The translations under genes were made by a program, and so were the position numbers. From the NCBI GenBank assembly GCA_051294375.1, contig CM119263.1:18252628-18316627 (forward strand): a stretch of 64,000 nt of DNA. Direction: 5' to 3'. The notes below the pieces were generated by a model. That model searched no databases. It had not been told where the DNA came from and saw only the letters and a list, made by a program, of their open reading frames with translations. Positions 1-13,354 of this stretch are shown piece by piece. How positions within the stretch are numbered: the stretch's first letter is position 1; each line of letters starts with the position of its first letter. Source of the stretch: Paraspadella gotoi. Lineage: Eukaryota > Animalia > Chaetognatha.

Positions 1-744
1 GAGAGAGAGAGAGAGAGAGAAAAGAGTGAGAGAGGCTTGGTCAGTTTTCACTCTCGTTTATATAAAGTATAATCAGAAGCTGGCCGCCCTGCAGAGCTGA
101 ACTCGTTTTTTCGACGTATCTGAGTAGGGACGAACTCTTTTCCTTTCCTTTGAATGAAATTTTAGATTGTTCTTTTTTTTTAAGAAGAAACCAGACCGCA
201 GGTCAAAATTTCATATTTGCATATTTAACTAATTTATAAATATTTATCCCAACTCAAATAATTATTATTTTAAAAAAGAATAAAAATGATTAAATATATA
301 CACTAAAAAAAATTTACAATTTTTTAAATTGTAAAAATTTATTAGAATAAACAAAAAAAGTAATGTTTAATTTGACAATATCTCTTTCTCAACTCCTATT
401 TTATGATTATTAATTTGCCAATAGTTTGGGGCCGACCGTCCAAAGTTACAGTAATAAACAAAAACAAAAAAAAATTTTTTTGTTAGAAAGTTATATTTAT
501 GTAATTAAATTAATCCGCGCAATTGCCGGACATATAGCAGCTATATGTACAGCAGCAAGCTGATGTACATGTGACATTGCCTGCAATTATAAGTTATTTT
601 TCCTTTTTTCTAAAAGGAATCCATGAAAATCTCGGATGTAAATTTGGGATTTTGTATAGAGAAAAAAAATAAATGGCGATAATAAAAGTTTTTAGAAGGA
701 AAAAAATAATAAGAATTTTTTCAAAAAACGAACGGTCGTACATA

Positions 745-1200
<456 letters not shown>

Positions 1201-1543
1201 AAGTTTTCCCGCCAACGATACGCCATATTAGGTCACTCTTGTTTATATCGGCGTGATCTCGGTCAAGTTGATTTTTTTTTATCACGTAACGCGTTATTAG
1301 GTCATGTTCCTCGACATTGTTTACTCGTTGCCCCGCAACGCGCCACGAAATCCAGGTGAAGTTAGTTATTCTTCACATTTTCTCAAAAAAATCCACGAAA
1401 ATCTCAGATGTAAATTTGGGATTTTGTATTGAGAAAGAAGCGCGGAATAAATGGCGATAATAAAAGTTTTTAGAAGGAAAGAAATAATAAGAAATTTTTC
1501 AAAAAACGTGGTAAAACAAAGTGAATAATTTTTTTTTGTAAAA

Positions 1544-1595
<52 letters not shown>

Positions 1596-3349
1596 GAGAG
1601 AGACGGAGGGGAGACCGGAGGGAGAGAGAGAGAGAGCCTGAACTCGTTTTTTTTAAACGATTCAGAAAAGGCAGCGCCCTGATCAAATATATACTTAGAA
1701 GAAAAAAATAATCAGAATTTTTTCAAAAAAAACGAACGATCACTGCAATAGATCGCACACAAAGAGAGACAAGAGAAACTGAACTCTGCTTTTAAACGAT
1801 TCAGAAAAGGCAGCGCCTAAAAAAAATATATATAAATTAAAAAAATAAATAAAGGAAAGGCAAAAAATGTTACAATGGTTTACAATTGGAAAACTTTTCC
1901 AATTTTTTCCAATCGCAGCTTGTAAAAGATTTTTATTTTTATTTGTATTAAAATTAAGATATAGCTCTCATTAAAAAAAATCCTTTGAGTTCCATTTTTA
2001 ATTAGAAATTTAAAAAAAAATTTTTTTGAATTTCATCTCAATATTAATATACTGGCAATATGTAATTAGCTTAAAGCATTTCTATAACTAATTTGGATAA
2101 TTAATAGATGAGTACTATAATCTCATTTGCATATTGCAGTAAATCATAATGAAGTGGAAAAATTCAACAAAAAATACTTAAATCCAAATGTAATAATGAA
2201 AATATCACAGCTATTTCAAGATGAAAAGCCATATCTAAGTTTAACCTTATATGGATCGCACACTTTTGTAAAAACTTTATCATGAATTCATAATAATTTT
2301 TATTTTAAAAAAAAATGGTAAGTCCACAGCCAAACCTATAAAAGCGTAGTAGTTTTTATAAATGAAAACAGCGTGACCACGAGAACGACGACGACGACGT
2401 CACAAAGAAGCAACCCTAAAACATTATAGAAGCCTGACCCGGCTTCGCCGGTCAAGGCTGCGATAAAAAAGTGTCAAATGTGGTTGACCTGACAAAACGA
2501 GAGAGGCGAGGCATCACGTTTTCATAACTAGTTTTCCTAAAGAGATTGAAAAGACGTAAATAATAAAGCTTGGCTAATTGCCTATAAAAGCCTGGATTTT
2601 AAAAACATTTTTATGACCATTAACTCCTTCGTATATCGATATTGCCGTCGTCCTGCAGCCACTCTTTCTGCAGTGGACTTTGCTCCGGGGCCTTATTGCG
2701 CCCCTTGCGGGAGACAACGAGAGGTCAAACTAGTCGGTCACCATGACGACGACGAAAACGATAACGTCCTAAGAGGAGCGAAAACGATTAAGACAAACTC
2801 GAAAGCGAGAACTTCATCTGGATAATGACAACACTGAAGACGAAAATAATAACTTTATGGATGCAATATCAAGACGACGACTATGAGGCCAATGAGATCG
2901 CATTTACTCACAACAACTAGAACTACAACAACTACAACAACAACAACAAGGCCGACGACGACAAATACCTTCGATCGAGTCTCTCACAAAAGAATCGATT
3001 TTTTTTTCACCCGAAGAAACGTTCGTTGTAATCGTCATCATCATCGTCATCGTCGTTGGCGTCAAGGGTCAACGATTTTCTACGTGACGCGTCACCATCG
3101 GCAAAATTTATCACAAACATTTTCGTTTTTTAGGTTTTCCTCCCCAACATTGCACCTGGCGTCGATTCGGTCGTTGGATCCTTTTTTTTCACGTTTTATT
3201 CTCTCGTTTTGTTATTTATTATGTAGCATTTATATTTGTTAGTTTGTTTGTTTGTTTGTTTGTTTGTTTTTTCTTTTTTTCTTTTTTTATTCTTTCTTTT
3301 TTTTCTTCTTTATTTTTTTTAACTCTCTCTTTCTTTTCTATAATCGTAG

Positions 3350-3500
3350 TCCGATGAAAAAAATTTGAGCGAGAGTCGTGCAAATCCTCCACTCCCTTTT
3401 ACTCACGGCTCTCCCTTTAGTCCAAAAATAGGAAATGGCCGTTCATAACCGCCTTACTGACCTTCACTCAAGGGTTTCCTAACCAAAGCCCGCGCTGTGG
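3350..3500 (+). CDS. Possible upstream exon of the adenylyl cyclase (end of C1b region), error-rich
   Basis: Polypyrimidine tract + tcgtag acceptor and G|gtgagg donor. A fragment reads 'NRLT.TF', resembling the segment before 'Y..LRDE.F' in transmembrane ACs. No clean frame. Confidence 0.3.
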
Positions 3501-4027
3501 GTGAGGCTGCGGTGTCGCTGCGGCGGCGCTGCTGTGCGTTATTGCGGCACCTGAGCTCAGTTTCGAAAAGAGAAAGGAAAAGAAATCCATGGGAAAAAAA
3601 AAGAAGATAAAAATTGAAGAAGAACAAGAAAAGAAGAGAAGAAAATAAGAAGAGAATTAGAGAGCCAGGGGGGGGAGGGAGACTGTGGAGTAGTCGGCGT
3701 TGTAAAAATGAGAAAGGACTCGGTTTACTGTGAGAGAAGCGGGATTATGGGGAGTGTGTGTGTAGGGCAGGGTTTGTAAGGAATGAGATTCAAGGAAGCC
3801 TGGGAGGAATCGGAGCTCAGAAAAAAAAGGGGGGAAGTCGCTCGATTTGGTTCTGGAAGCGACGACCACTTTTCATTTTTCGTTAGGCTTTGACAAATTA
3901 CCTTTAATCTCTCTCTCTCTTCTTCTCTCTCTCTCTCTCTCGTCTCAAAATCTCACTCTTTTCTCTATCGTCTCTCCTTCTCATCTACTCTCGTCCTTTC
4001 CCTATTTTTCTTTCCGCCTCCACATAG

Positions 4028-4129
4028 TACAACCAACCTGCGGAGACGAAGCGGTTCAATCCAACTTGGCTTGGTTGCTTTTCTTTCCGTTTGCCTTATG
4101 CTGTAGTTCAGTATTCTCAGCTTGCCAAG
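4028..4129 (+). CDS. Adenylyl cyclase exon (start of M2 transmembrane cluster), with indel errors
   Basis: catag| acceptor, AAG|gtaaag donor. Mixed frames give Y-N-Q-..-DEA..SNLA....VQ..SLP, matching ADCY8-type 'YSQMRDEVFKSNLVC...IQSLLP'. Confidence 0.65.
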
Positions 4130-4556
4130 GTAAAGTCGTGGGTTATTTCGTCACCGAATTTTCTCGATTTAGATAAATGATAATATGATGAAGAGTCATG
4201 GAGGCCTTAAAACAACCAATGCTTCTCCAAAGTCAAGCGCAAGATTAGTGTAATAATATGGATATTAAAATTTAGAATCAGATTTTTGAAAAAAAAAATA
4301 AAAAATATAGTCAGAACGATTTGGCTATTTAATTCTTTTATGTACTTTGTGAGATAAGGCGAAAAGAGTAAGAACCAATGAAATTTTCTACTAAAACCCA
4401 AGTATTTGGGAAACTGTCCGTTCTATTTCAACTTTTTAAAAGTTTTTTTAATAAAACTAAACTCATCGATTTCGTGATTTATAATTTATATTGTGCAAGT
4501 ATGCATCGGTATCATCAGCCAATCCAAGAATTGACTTCCAATCGTCTCTTCCTCAG

Positions 4557-4759
4557 AAAATCCGCCATGTTCCTGGCCGTTTATGCCTGGTGATCCTTCC
4601 TCTTCGCCGCCCTGCTTCTCGTCGCCATGGCGAGGACTATTCCCCACTCCTGCCTCCCTGCCTCCAGCGCTCTCCTCCCGCGCCTTCCGAATCAGACTCA
4701 TCCGCCATCGCTCACTACCGTCGCGTCCTCTAACTTCTTCGGCTCCATCGTTTCCACTG
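4557..4759 (+). CDS. Adenylyl cyclase exon (M2 helices), with indel errors
   Basis: cctcag| acceptor, |gtgagt donor. Fragments KSAMFLAVYA / LLLVAMA / EDYSPLLPPCLQRS / NFFGSIVST parallel ADCY8 'LVLITTAEDYKCLPLILRK...INFLGAILN'. Confidence 0.7.
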
Positions 4760-5121
4760 GTGAGTTTTTGCAGGGTTATGGGCCGGGGGGTTTCCGAAGG
4801 ATCACTGTTTGTTTATGAAACTGGTTACAATGGTACAGCCGATACGGGTTTAAACAACAATAGCAATATAGAAAGTTGAAAAGGAAGCGCAGGGAAGAGT
4901 GGAGCTGGTCGAGATAAAAATGGCGAACAAAATAAGATGAATCGATTTATGGAAATCAGAAAAAGAAAAAAATGGAATCGAATGGGCTAAATTTACAAGG
5001 TGGCATTCATTTGTATACAGCGAGAGAGAGAAAAAACTTTGTTTAAAATCTGTAAATAAAACAATTTTTTTGGCCTCCCACATCATCCAACCCTTCTCGC
5101 TCTCTCTCTCTCCGCCTCAAG

Positions 5122-5304
5122 TTCTCCTTGCGAACAAACCTGACGACGAGTGTCCAGGGTCAACACCAACGCCTCCTCAGTCTTCCCCGAGACAATTCTC
5201 CCAACCTCTTCGTCGTCCGTCGAGGGAACTCATCGGTGGGCGGGCCATTCGTCATCTTCGTCGTCCGACCTCGATGTTTATCACTCACTGTTCTAAATCC
5301 TCAG
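5122..5304 (+). CDS. Adenylyl cyclase exon (extracellular loop of M2), copy A
   Basis: tcaag| acceptor, CAG|gtgaga donor. GC-rich, ends ...LNPQ, the position of the 'C..PE' motif preceding 'YF' in ACs. Near-identical to 9662-9843. Confidence 0.55.
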
Positions 5305-5762
5305 GTGAGAAATTTAAATTTTTCCCTAAAAATGCGCCAGTTTTTGGACTAAGGATATCTTTTTTTATTTAATGTTTTGAGCGGATAATTTATCGAGCCT
5401 CGCATTTAAAATTGTCACCATGAAGTAGAAACGATAGAAAAAACCTCAAAAAAGTTCGAGAGACGACGACGACACGAATCTGACCTGTTTCCCATGGTCA
5501 CCGGACAACTCATTTCGTCATCGACTCGAGTTAATAAAAAAATAAAACGACTCTCTCTTCTCTCTTTCGCTTTCTTTTCTCGACACAAGACATTCGAAAG
5601 CAATAGAGGGCGATAAAAAAGACCGAGCTGAACGATTCTTATCCTTTCTTCGGTCTCTTTAGTTTTCTCCTCGGTAATGCTTCCATTCGTCTCTCTCTCT
5701 CTCTCTCTCTCCTCTCTCTTCTCTCTCTCTCTTCTCTTTCTGTCTCTTATGTCCTCTACTCT

Positions 5763-5795
<33 letters not shown>

Positions 5796-7082
5796 CTCTC
5801 CTAACTCTCTCTCTTCTATATCTCTTCATTCACCTCATATCATATTCACTATAATTCACTCTCACTCACTTTCTTCCGTTCAGATTCCCACTCAACCGTC
5901 TTTAACTCTCTCCTCTCTCTCTCTTTCCCTCCTCCCTCCTCACTTCACACCAGCATAATCCTGATTTCAATGTGTCGGTGCAACCATGAATCAGCGTCAG
6001 CCATCTTCTCCCTCCTTCTGCCGTTGATTGAAATAATTCTTGCTCGTCGACCATGACCGCGGATTCGCCTATCCAACTCCGCCTTCCTAACCTCTCTTTC
6101 ACGGTAGAGACGAGAGATAGAGAGCAGCGCAGTAGCAGAGACGAGAGAGAGAGAGAGAAGAGACGAGAGGAGAAGAATGAGGAGAGGGAAGACGGAGATT
6201 TCTACTTTTTAATTAAATTAACTTTTTTCTTCAGCTCGATCCAACACGCTATCACAATCTTACGAGAATATTCAGCACTCTCCACGCCTAGTCTCACCAC
6301 CCTATTCTTTCTTACACCTCTTGCTCTCGTTCTACACCACACCTTTTCATAAACGCACAAATCACTTAACCACATTCTCGCTCTCGTGAACTGGCCTTCG
6401 GTGAACCACTCCTCTTCGCGCCTTCTCGCTCCACTCCAGTGATAACCCTTTCGGCCCCACTTCCACGGATCGCACTCCACGCGCACGACCGATGACGCGT
6501 CCGATCCTCTTACGCCATCCTTCGTTCACTACCGCTGAGCTGTTTGTCCTCGCTCCTGATCCGCTTCCGTGCTCATCCACACGTCAGGCACCGACTCGAG
6601 TCCACGGAGCCGCCTTGCACTCCTTTGTGGATCACCGCACCCTCTTCCAACCAGGCAGGAGCTGCGCACACGGCTCAAGACTTTCCTACGGTGGCGAACG
6701 TGGGTGGGGAGGGCTAAGTTAGTATCAACAACACTAGACAAACAAGAAAAATAAATAGTTATTTTAAATCTATTGTTGAACTCTATATACTGCTCCAGAC
6801 ACCACAACTCGAACCAGGATACTATTTTTCAGTCAGAATAACACAGTCTCTTGCGTCCTAACTATTAGCCAAAACCGCAACGCACCGTATAACCGTTTCC
6901 AGCGCGGTACCTCAGACTTCCCCTTCAGGCGCGAGGACTGCAGGCGCGTTCTGAACATCGGATTCTTTCCCCGAGCGCAATTTGACGAATAATACAAACA
7001 AATACAAACAAAACCGCCAACAAACGACGTCAGAACCAGCAGACTCTCGACAACGATCTAGCAGCCGCTATGCATGATTGCG

Positions 7083-7107
7083 NNNNNNNNNNNNNNNNNN
7101 NNNNNNN
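7083..7107. other. Assembly gap (25 N)
   Basis: Run of N in the sequence. Confidence 1.
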
Positions 7108-9661
7108 ACACGACTGAACACTGATTGATGTATTTATCACTTAACTTCTATTTCATTTTTCGATCGTTATCCACTGGGCTTTGACAAATTACTCTGTTAA
7201 TCACTCTCTCTCGTCCCGATAACTCTCCTCCACTCTCATTCCTCTCGATATTCCTTCTCCTCAGTCTCACCGAGGCATATACCAAACAAAAGCCTCATCG
7301 AGAAACTGTCGTCCTATCTCCAAAAAGGAAAAACTGATCGCCATCCGGAGCAGAAAATACAAAAAACAAAAGCTCACGAAGAAAATCCCTGGCTTCCCAA
7401 AAGGAAAAAACTTGCAACGCTCACGTCGAGAGAAAACCATCAAAACTACAAAAGCCAACGAAGAAACACATTGCGCGCTTCTCAACACACCCTACTTTCT
7501 TGTCATATATTACGACCGCTTAGAGGACTAACTGCGCTTTCACACAATAAGAGAGAGTAAAGCGAGAAACGACTGCACACACCAGTCCGAAGAAGTCGAG
7601 AGACAAAGAGGAAGATACAGAATAAAAATCTCGACACCACTATACTTTGCATGTTCCTCTCTTCTTCACTTCCGTTTGCCATTATGGTAGTACCTTGTTC
7701 AGTTTCTCCAGCTTGCCAAGGTAAATGTCGTGGTTATTTCCGTTCACGCGAGATTTTCCTCCGACTTAGATAAAATGATATATGAGCAAGAGTCATGGAG
7801 GCCTTAAACAACGGCAATGCTTCTCAGCACCACAAGTCAGGATCCGAGGCGCGAAGAACATATCATAAAAAGGCATATAGAAACCCATAAGATCAAATGG
7901 AAGCTTCGTATTATCATTACTAAAATTCAATATAAAATCTTAGAATCAAACAGGATAACAAGAAGCTCAAGACCTTTAAAGCTCACACCTAAATAAAAAT
8001 TCCAGAATACCACTACAAATACTATATCAGGCACAGAACTGATTTTCTGAGACATAAAATTGTACAATTGTCTATAAAGAATGATGCTGGCGTCATCACA
8101 AAATATGAGTAGCGGGCAAAGGTGAAGAAAGAGTAAAGAGTATGATGGAAGGCGAGAGAGAGAGTAGAAAGAAGGAAATCAACATATCAAATCTGAAAAT
8201 TTTCTATAGAAAGAACCGCCTTACCCGCCATGTAGCGTGGTAAGACAAGAAAGAAGCTGGACAATGGGTCGAATGAGAAATATTGATTACCTCCAGATAC
8301 ACACTTTCCCGCCCAGAGCCCAGCAAAGGTCGCATCAGCGAATTGGGTTCCATAATGTTTCTATATAAATTGGCAACCAACTTTTTAACGACAAAAAAGA
8401 CGCTTACTATATTATCCTTGAGACTATATAAAAATCCACAAACAACTGCATCGGCGACTATTTCGTTGAATTTACTACAGAACTCAATTAACATTCCATG
8501 CTTGCAGTAGCAACAAAGAATCGTAAAGGGCGAATGAATCTTGTTTGCCATGTAATATATATGTTCACAACACTGCGTATCAACGATCATGGAAGCAACG
8601 AGGTGGCGATATCATAACTATACCCAAGAATTTTGAACTTGGCCAATCGTCTCCTTCCCTCAGACAAATTCCCGAACAGCAAAGGGATAAAGTGAATTGG
8701 ATGGTCTGGTGCCATCCCAGAGTCCATTTCCTGCAACGCTGGTAGCACTTCCGACGCTGTTGATCTACATTTTCTCACTGTAACCGACAGAGCCGCCAGA
8801 AACAAATGTCCCTTTATCATTCTCACATGCAGTTAAAGGCATCGCCAGAGGAGAGCGATCTCTTGAGAAGACATGTATCGGCGCCCCAACAAACGATCGC
8901 TACACAAATGATGGCCGATCATGCTGGCGCGTGCCGATCCCCTTTCTTCTCCTGTCAGCTTCTGCAAACAAGGAAACCAGACGCTCAGTCGCACCTCACT
9001 CCTAGGCTCGTCGTAGGCACCCCCACAGACGCCAGATGGTCCTCCGTTTGAGATTTCCAGGACTCATCCGCTCATCGGCTCATCACCCAGTCGCCGTCCC
9101 TGCCTAAATTCTTCGCGTAAAAACTATCACTTGATTATTCCCACTGGTGGAGTTTTTCTAATGCGCGCAAGGTGGCTTATAACCGGAAGCGGAGAGGAGG
9201 CGCGGCGGGGTTGTGCCCGATTCTCATCCCGAAGAGACTGAGTCACTCCCTGAATTCAGAAATATAATAGATGAACACTGGTTACCGAATAATGGTGTGT
9301 GCATAAGGCAACTGAAGAACTGCCGTTGAAACTCATTGCAAACAGAGAATCCGGGCCAAACAAGAATGCAGCTACTACCCGATACGGGTTTAAACAACAA
9401 TAGCAATATAAGAAAGTTGAAAAGGAAGCGCAGGGAAGAGTGGAGCTGGTCGAGAATAAAAATGGCGAACAAAATAAGATGAATCGATTTATGGAAATCA
9501 GAAAAGAAAAAAAAATGGAATCGAATGGGCTAAAATTTACAAGGTGGCTTCATTTTTATACAGCGAGAGAAGAAAAAAACTTTGTTTAAAATCTGTAAAT
9601 AAACAATTTTTTTGGCCTCCACATATCAACCCTTCTCGCTCTCTCTCATCTCCGCCTCAAG

Positions 9662-9843
9662 TTCTCCTTGCGACACAACCTGACGACGAGTGTCCAGGGT
9701 CAACACCAACGCCTCCTCAGTCTTCCCCGAGAACAATTCTCCCAACTCCTTCTCGTCCGTCGAGGGAACTCATCGGTGGGCGGGCCATCGTCATCTTCGT
9801 CGTCCGACCTCGATGTTTATCACTCACTGTTCTAAATCCTCAG
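9662..9843 (+). CDS. Adenylyl cyclase exon (extracellular loop of M2), copy B
   Basis: Duplicate of 5122-5304 with the same splice signals; differs mainly by single-base indels. Confidence 0.55.
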
Positions 9844-10226
9844 GTGAGAAATTTAAATTTTTCCCTAAAAATGCGCCAGTTTTTGACTAAGGATATCTTT
9901 TTTTTATTAATGTTTTGAGCGGATAATTTATCGAGCCTCGCATTTAAAATTGTCACCATGAAGTAGAAACGATAGAAAAAACCTCAAAAAAGTTCGAGAG
10001 CGACGACGACGACGATCTGACCTGTTTCCCATGGTCACCGCGGACAACTCATTTCGTCATCGACTCGAGTTAATAAAAAAATAAAACGACTCTCTCTCTC
10101 TCTTTCGCTTTCTTTCTCGACACAAGACATTCGAAAGCAATAGAGGGCGATAAAAAAGACCGAGCTGAACGATTCTTATCCTTTCTCGGGTTCTCTTTAT
10201 TTTTCTCCCTCGGTTTTATGTCATCG

Positions 10227-10266
<40 letters not shown>

Positions 10267-10391
10267 TCTGATACTACACTATTATTCACTAGAAATTCCA
10301 CTCTCACTCACTCTTTCCGTTCCGCTTCCCCTCAACCCGTCTTTAACTCTCGCTCTCTCTCTCTCCTTCCTCTCCCGTCCCTCATTCCCAG

Positions 10392-10545
10392 TATTTCCTG
10401 ATTTCATGGTTGTGGTGATTGATCAGCGTTCCCATCTTTCTCCCGTCTTCTCCGCCTGATGAGATGATGAAGATAAATTCTTCTCGGACGAGAATCGGCG
10501 GATTTCGCCCTCCTCATCAAACTCGCCTTCCCTAACCTCTCACCG
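10392..10545 (+). CDS. Adenylyl cyclase exon (M2 helices), with indel errors
   Basis: ttcccag|TAT TTC CTG (YFLISW...) through ...FALLIKLAFPNL..|gtgagg. Parallels ADCY8 'YFVFTGVLAMVTCAVFLRL...KL'. A noisier copy lies at ~5954-6102. Confidence 0.6.
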
Positions 10546-10816
10546 GTGAGGGAGAAGAGCAGAGGGAGGAAGAGAGATAAGAGAGGACGAGAGAGAGAAA
10601 AGGACGACTGAGAGATTAGCGGAGAGGAGAGATGAGAGAGAGAGAGAGACGGAGATTTCTACTTTTTAATTAAATTAAATCTTTTTTTCAGCCTCCGATC
10701 CAAAGCTATCAAATTCTTACGAGAATTCAGCATTCAGGTCAGTTACCACTATCTTTTTACACTTTTGCTTTTCACACATTTCTCATAAGCCACAAATCAC
10801 CTTAACAATTTCTCAG

Positions 10817-11064
10817 TTCCGTGAACTGGCCTTCGGTGAACTCCTCCTTCGCGCCTTTCGTCGATTCCAGTGATAACCTTTCGGCCACTCCAGCGATGAC
10901 TCCAGCGAGACCGACCGAGGTCGTCTCTTACGGATCCTCGTACTACGTGGAGCTGGTCTTGCTCCTCGTCCTGATGTTCGTGCTCATCCACCACGGCAGG
11001 CAGATCGAGTCCACGGCCAGGCTTGACTTTTTGTGGAAGATCCAAGCCAGGCAGGAGCTGGAAG
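10817..11064 (+). CDS. Adenylyl cyclase exon (last TM helix and coiled-coil linker)
   Basis: ttctcag| ... G|gtaagg. Encodes LVLLLVLMFVLIHHGRQIESTARLDFLWKIQARQELE, the conserved 'TARLDFLW' motif. Confidence 0.93.
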
Positions 11065-11445
11065 GTAAGGACTGGTGAGGTGGCGAGTGGGGGGGAGGGG
11101 TAAGTAGATCAAAAACACAGACAAACAAGAAAAATAAAAGTTATTAAATCTCATTGTGAATATATATGTAGAAACCATGAAAGGATATATTTTAGTCAGC
11201 AAAAAGTTTTGGTTAACTATTAGAAAACGAAGAACGATACGTTAGGGTATCAGTTTGGCCGAGGTGAGGCGCGGTTTCTCGAAATGGATTCTTTCCCGCG
11301 CAATTTGAGAATAAAAACAAAAACAAACAAACGCAAACGACGTCGAACACGACGATGAAAACGACGACGACAACGATCATGATTCGACTTGATTATTTCC
11401 TACTTGATTTAATGTTTGCGATGAAATTGATTCAGAGCCTACGGA

Positions 11446-11520
<75 letters not shown>

Positions 11521-11565
11521 TCATCTCTCTCTCTCTTTTATTTAGTTTCTTATCCTCTGTTTCAG

Positions 11566-11663
11566 ATATGACCGATCTTCGATCGCACAACGCAACTTTG
11601 TTGCACAACATCCTCCCTTCTCACGTCGCAAGATATTTTCTCAAGCGAGATCGAGCCAGCGAC
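11566..11663 (+). CDS. Adenylyl cyclase exon
   Basis: ttcag| ... |gtaagt, phase-compatible. Encodes DMTDLRSHNATLLHNILPSHVARYFLKRDRASD ('NILP.HVA' motif). Confidence 0.95.
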
Positions 11664-11956
11664 GTAAGTTGAATCACACAAATCAATCATTTAAAATTAA
11701 GCAGCATTTCAAAAGCAAATCGAATCAAATTAATTTTTTAGATAAATCTAATTATATTAGATGCTTTAATAGATGAAATTCCATTACAAACTAATTTTAT
11801 CCATCACATCGAAGGTGGAATCTAAAAATCTACTTTTGGTTTCATGTTGAAATCTCTGTCTAATTAAATGATCAAATAAAATCATAAAATGAAATAAACT
11901 AATCAAGCAACCAAACAACCAATCAATTAGTCAATCAATTGACGCTCTATCCGCAG

Positions 11957-12103
11957 GAACTGTATTCCGAGTCCCGGGAACACGTGGGCGTCATGTTCGC
12001 GTCGGTTCCCAATTTCTCTCAGTTCTACACAGAGATGGCGGCAAATGACAACGGGATCGAAAGCCTCAGGCTGCTCAACGAAATCATCTTCGATTTCGAC
12101 GAG
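11957..12103 (+). CDS. Adenylyl cyclase exon (start of C2a catalytic domain)
   Basis: ccgcag| ... |gtgagg. Encodes [24 protein letters not shown]...[17 protein letters not shown]. Confidence 0.97.
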
Positions 12104-12219
12104 GTGAGGTCGCCTTTTAGGGGCCTTACCTCCCTTTCCTTACCTAAAGACGGAGATGGAGATGGTTGGATGGCTGTGACGTTGACTGCCGCGTCTGAGT
12201 GATGATAGAGGGGCGGAAG

Positions 12220-12268
<49 letters not shown>

Positions 12269-13143
12269 AGAGGAGAGAGAGAGAGGAGAAAGAAGAGAAG
12301 AGAGAGGAGAGAGAGAAAAGAGAGAGACTTCGTCATTTATCGTCCTCGCGTCTCTTTAAGTCATTCATTCCCTCCCAATTTCACGCTCGTGAGTTTCGTC
12401 CAATCAAATTCCGGAACTTGTTTTCCGATCCTCAGCCAAGAAGTTTGCGTTGCTTCCTCACCAAACCTCTTAGTTCTTGTTTTGTTTCTCATTGATTCTG
12501 CTTACCCTTTAAGTCTAACCCTTCCTTGCGTTTCATTATGGATTTCTATCCCTCACAGGCTCACTGAATTCATCACTTCCTCTTTTTCCTTCTCCCTTAT
12601 TTCTGTAATTCACTACCGTGAAAACTCTTTCCCTCTTACTCATTCTCCAACTTACTTCATTACACATATTCTCTCTCTCTCTCTCTCCTCGTCTCTCTCT
12701 CTTCTCCTTCCTCTCTCTCTCTTCTCTCTCTTCTCTCTCTCTTTCTTCTCATTTTCCCTAAACTTCTCTTTGCCTCAAGAATACGCATCTTTTCTGTCCT
12801 TCATTCCCTTCGCCTCTTACAACTTTTCTCCCTTAGCGTTTGACGTTTTGACGTTAATCGTAGAAGACTCACTGTCTCAGCAAATTTTTCATGGTTTTAC
12901 AAAAGTTTTAAAAATGGTTTATAAGAATATAAGAATATTAATGTTTCATAAATGACAACGAAAACAGATTTAATGATTTCAGATAAGTTCCATTAAATAA
13001 ATTAAAAAAGCCGATATTTAAATGAATATCCACAAATTTGTATTCCTTTACCCACCCCTATACTCTCAAAAAAAAAAAAAAATCCAAAACATAAAAACAA
13101 AACGACGAAACAAAAAAAAAACACAAACCAAAACCCAAAAAAG

Positions 13144-13354
13144 CTCCTGAGCGAACAACGGTTTTCGGAGATCGAAAAGATAAAGACGATCGGTTCCACC
13201 TACATGGCGGCATCGGGTCTCTCGCCGGACGCCGACCCTTCGAATCCCGACATCTGGAGCCACCTCTGTTCGCTGGCCGAGTTCGCTCTGGCCATGAAGG
13301 AGACCATAGAGAAGATCAACGTGCACAGCTTCAACAACTTCAAACTCAGAATAG
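13144..13354 (+). CDS. Adenylyl cyclase exon (C2a)
   Basis: Encodes [26 protein letters not shown]...[32 protein letters not shown]|gtgagt donor. The ATP-specifying Lys in [11 protein letters not shown] is present. Confidence 0.97.

Larger units (their letters stand above)
3870..11400. repeat. Tandem duplicate block (copy A ~3870-7082, copy B ~7140-11400) around a 25-N gap
   Basis: 4840-5660 is nearly identical to 9380-10200. 5680-7080 is a degraded version of 10230-11400. 7140-9370 is an insertion-riddled version of 3870-4840. Confidence 0.9.

Noticed and set aside
2340-3240. GC-richer stretch with ORFs 2613-2825 and 2883-3242, possibly AC C1b exons
   Set aside because: No recognisable motif or consistent splice/phase pattern in an error-prone, ACG/ACA-repeat-rich region; not supportable.
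7140-9370. ORFs such as 8204-8590, 8283-8510 and 8806-9051, or a possible inserted element
   Set aside because: The sequence is traceable as an insertion-riddled copy of 3870-4840; the ORFs are noise and show no transposase or RT motifs.
4028-10545. Adenylyl cyclase as a pseudogene because of frameshifts
   Set aside because: Indels are confined to the noisy duplicated block and differ between copies; all downstream catalytic exons are intact.
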